Shown here: positions 63,409-64,000 of the stretch, one piece after another
Numbering within the stretch: the first letter of the stretch is position 1
How the letters are laid out: the number at the start of each line of letters is the position of its first letter
From: Octopus sinensis
Lineage: Eukaryota
Assembly (NCBI RefSeq): GCF_006345805.1
Contig: NC_043005.1
Span: 65,472,001 to 65,536,000 of the forward strand
Direction: 5' to 3'
Length of the DNA: 64,000 nucleotides
The notes under the pieces: generated by a model
The model's database searches: none
What the model saw: only the letters and a program-made list of their open reading frames with translations
What the model was told of the DNA's origin: nothing
Program-made: the position numbers and the translations under genes

Positions 63409-64000
63409 CTGGAATGTTTGAAAATATGTGCTGTTTAATTATAAGTTATCCTGGATAAGTATCAAACAAATTTAGAAGGTAAGAAAATGGTCACAAGAAA
63501 AACCTTTGTACAAAATATATACAAAATGATTATTTGTTATAATTTTTAAAAAGTTTCAGTTTCCTTTATGAAGTAAGTAACATAAGCAAGGGTCAAGAAT
63601 TGAGACTTCCAAAGAATTTGGTTTTAACATTGTAAAAATGTTAAATTCCTCAATCAGTCTTTCATGTGAAAAACCAAGTAAACAACTACTAAATGCAAAA
63701 CAGACATTAAAAACTATTTAAATAGAAGAAAAGATAGTTTGGGTCATAGCTAGAAGATTCTTAAGCATGTCTGGAATTTAAAATTTATACAGGTAAAGTT
63801 CAAAGGTCACTTTCAAATTTACTTTCTATGCAGCATCATCATCATCATCATTATCATTAAACATGTTTTCCATGCTGGCAAGCTAAAGAGCTGCTATGTC
63901 TGTTTTGGCATGGTTTCTATGTGGATTGGTGCAATTCCTAATGCCAATCACTTTAAAGAGGATACTGGGTGCTTTTTCACAGCACCAACACCTACAAGCC

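Overview
AT-rich, microsatellite- and transposon-dense animal DNA. It is most likely octopus/coleoid cephalopod, inferred from the tRNA-derived SINE families, RTE LINEs and Penelope load. One 100-N assembly gap lies at 11942-12041. The only confidently identified host gene is the 3' end of DNAJC2 (MPP11/zuotin): last two coding exons on the minus strand at 63408-63230 and 62185-62117. A possible second, unidentified plus-strand gene is suggested by in-phase exon candidates at 36490, 43423 and 44654. The rest is decayed mobile DNA: Penelope-like elements (PLE), RTE, Tx1, HERO-like and R4-like LINEs, a Bel/Pao integrase remnant, Tc1 (DD34E, IR/DR), DD41D and mariner derivatives, Chapaev3, a Helitron and several SINE families. 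Main hunt result 1: about a dozen type I hammerhead ribozyme motifs, found by eye, from several unrelated PLE-type repeat families. Three carry the compensatory U3:A8 core, one sits in a 362-nt retrozyme-like unit whose truncation point matches the predicted cleavage site, and one is fused to a tRNA-like Pol III head in a foldback element. Main hunt result 2: a Tx1 LINE whose 3' tail matches a SINE tail and which is inserted in a tRNA-like SINE head, plus a SINE trimer joined at one fixed head position. Family names come from remembered motifs, not database searches; ribozyme folds were paired by hand and are untested.
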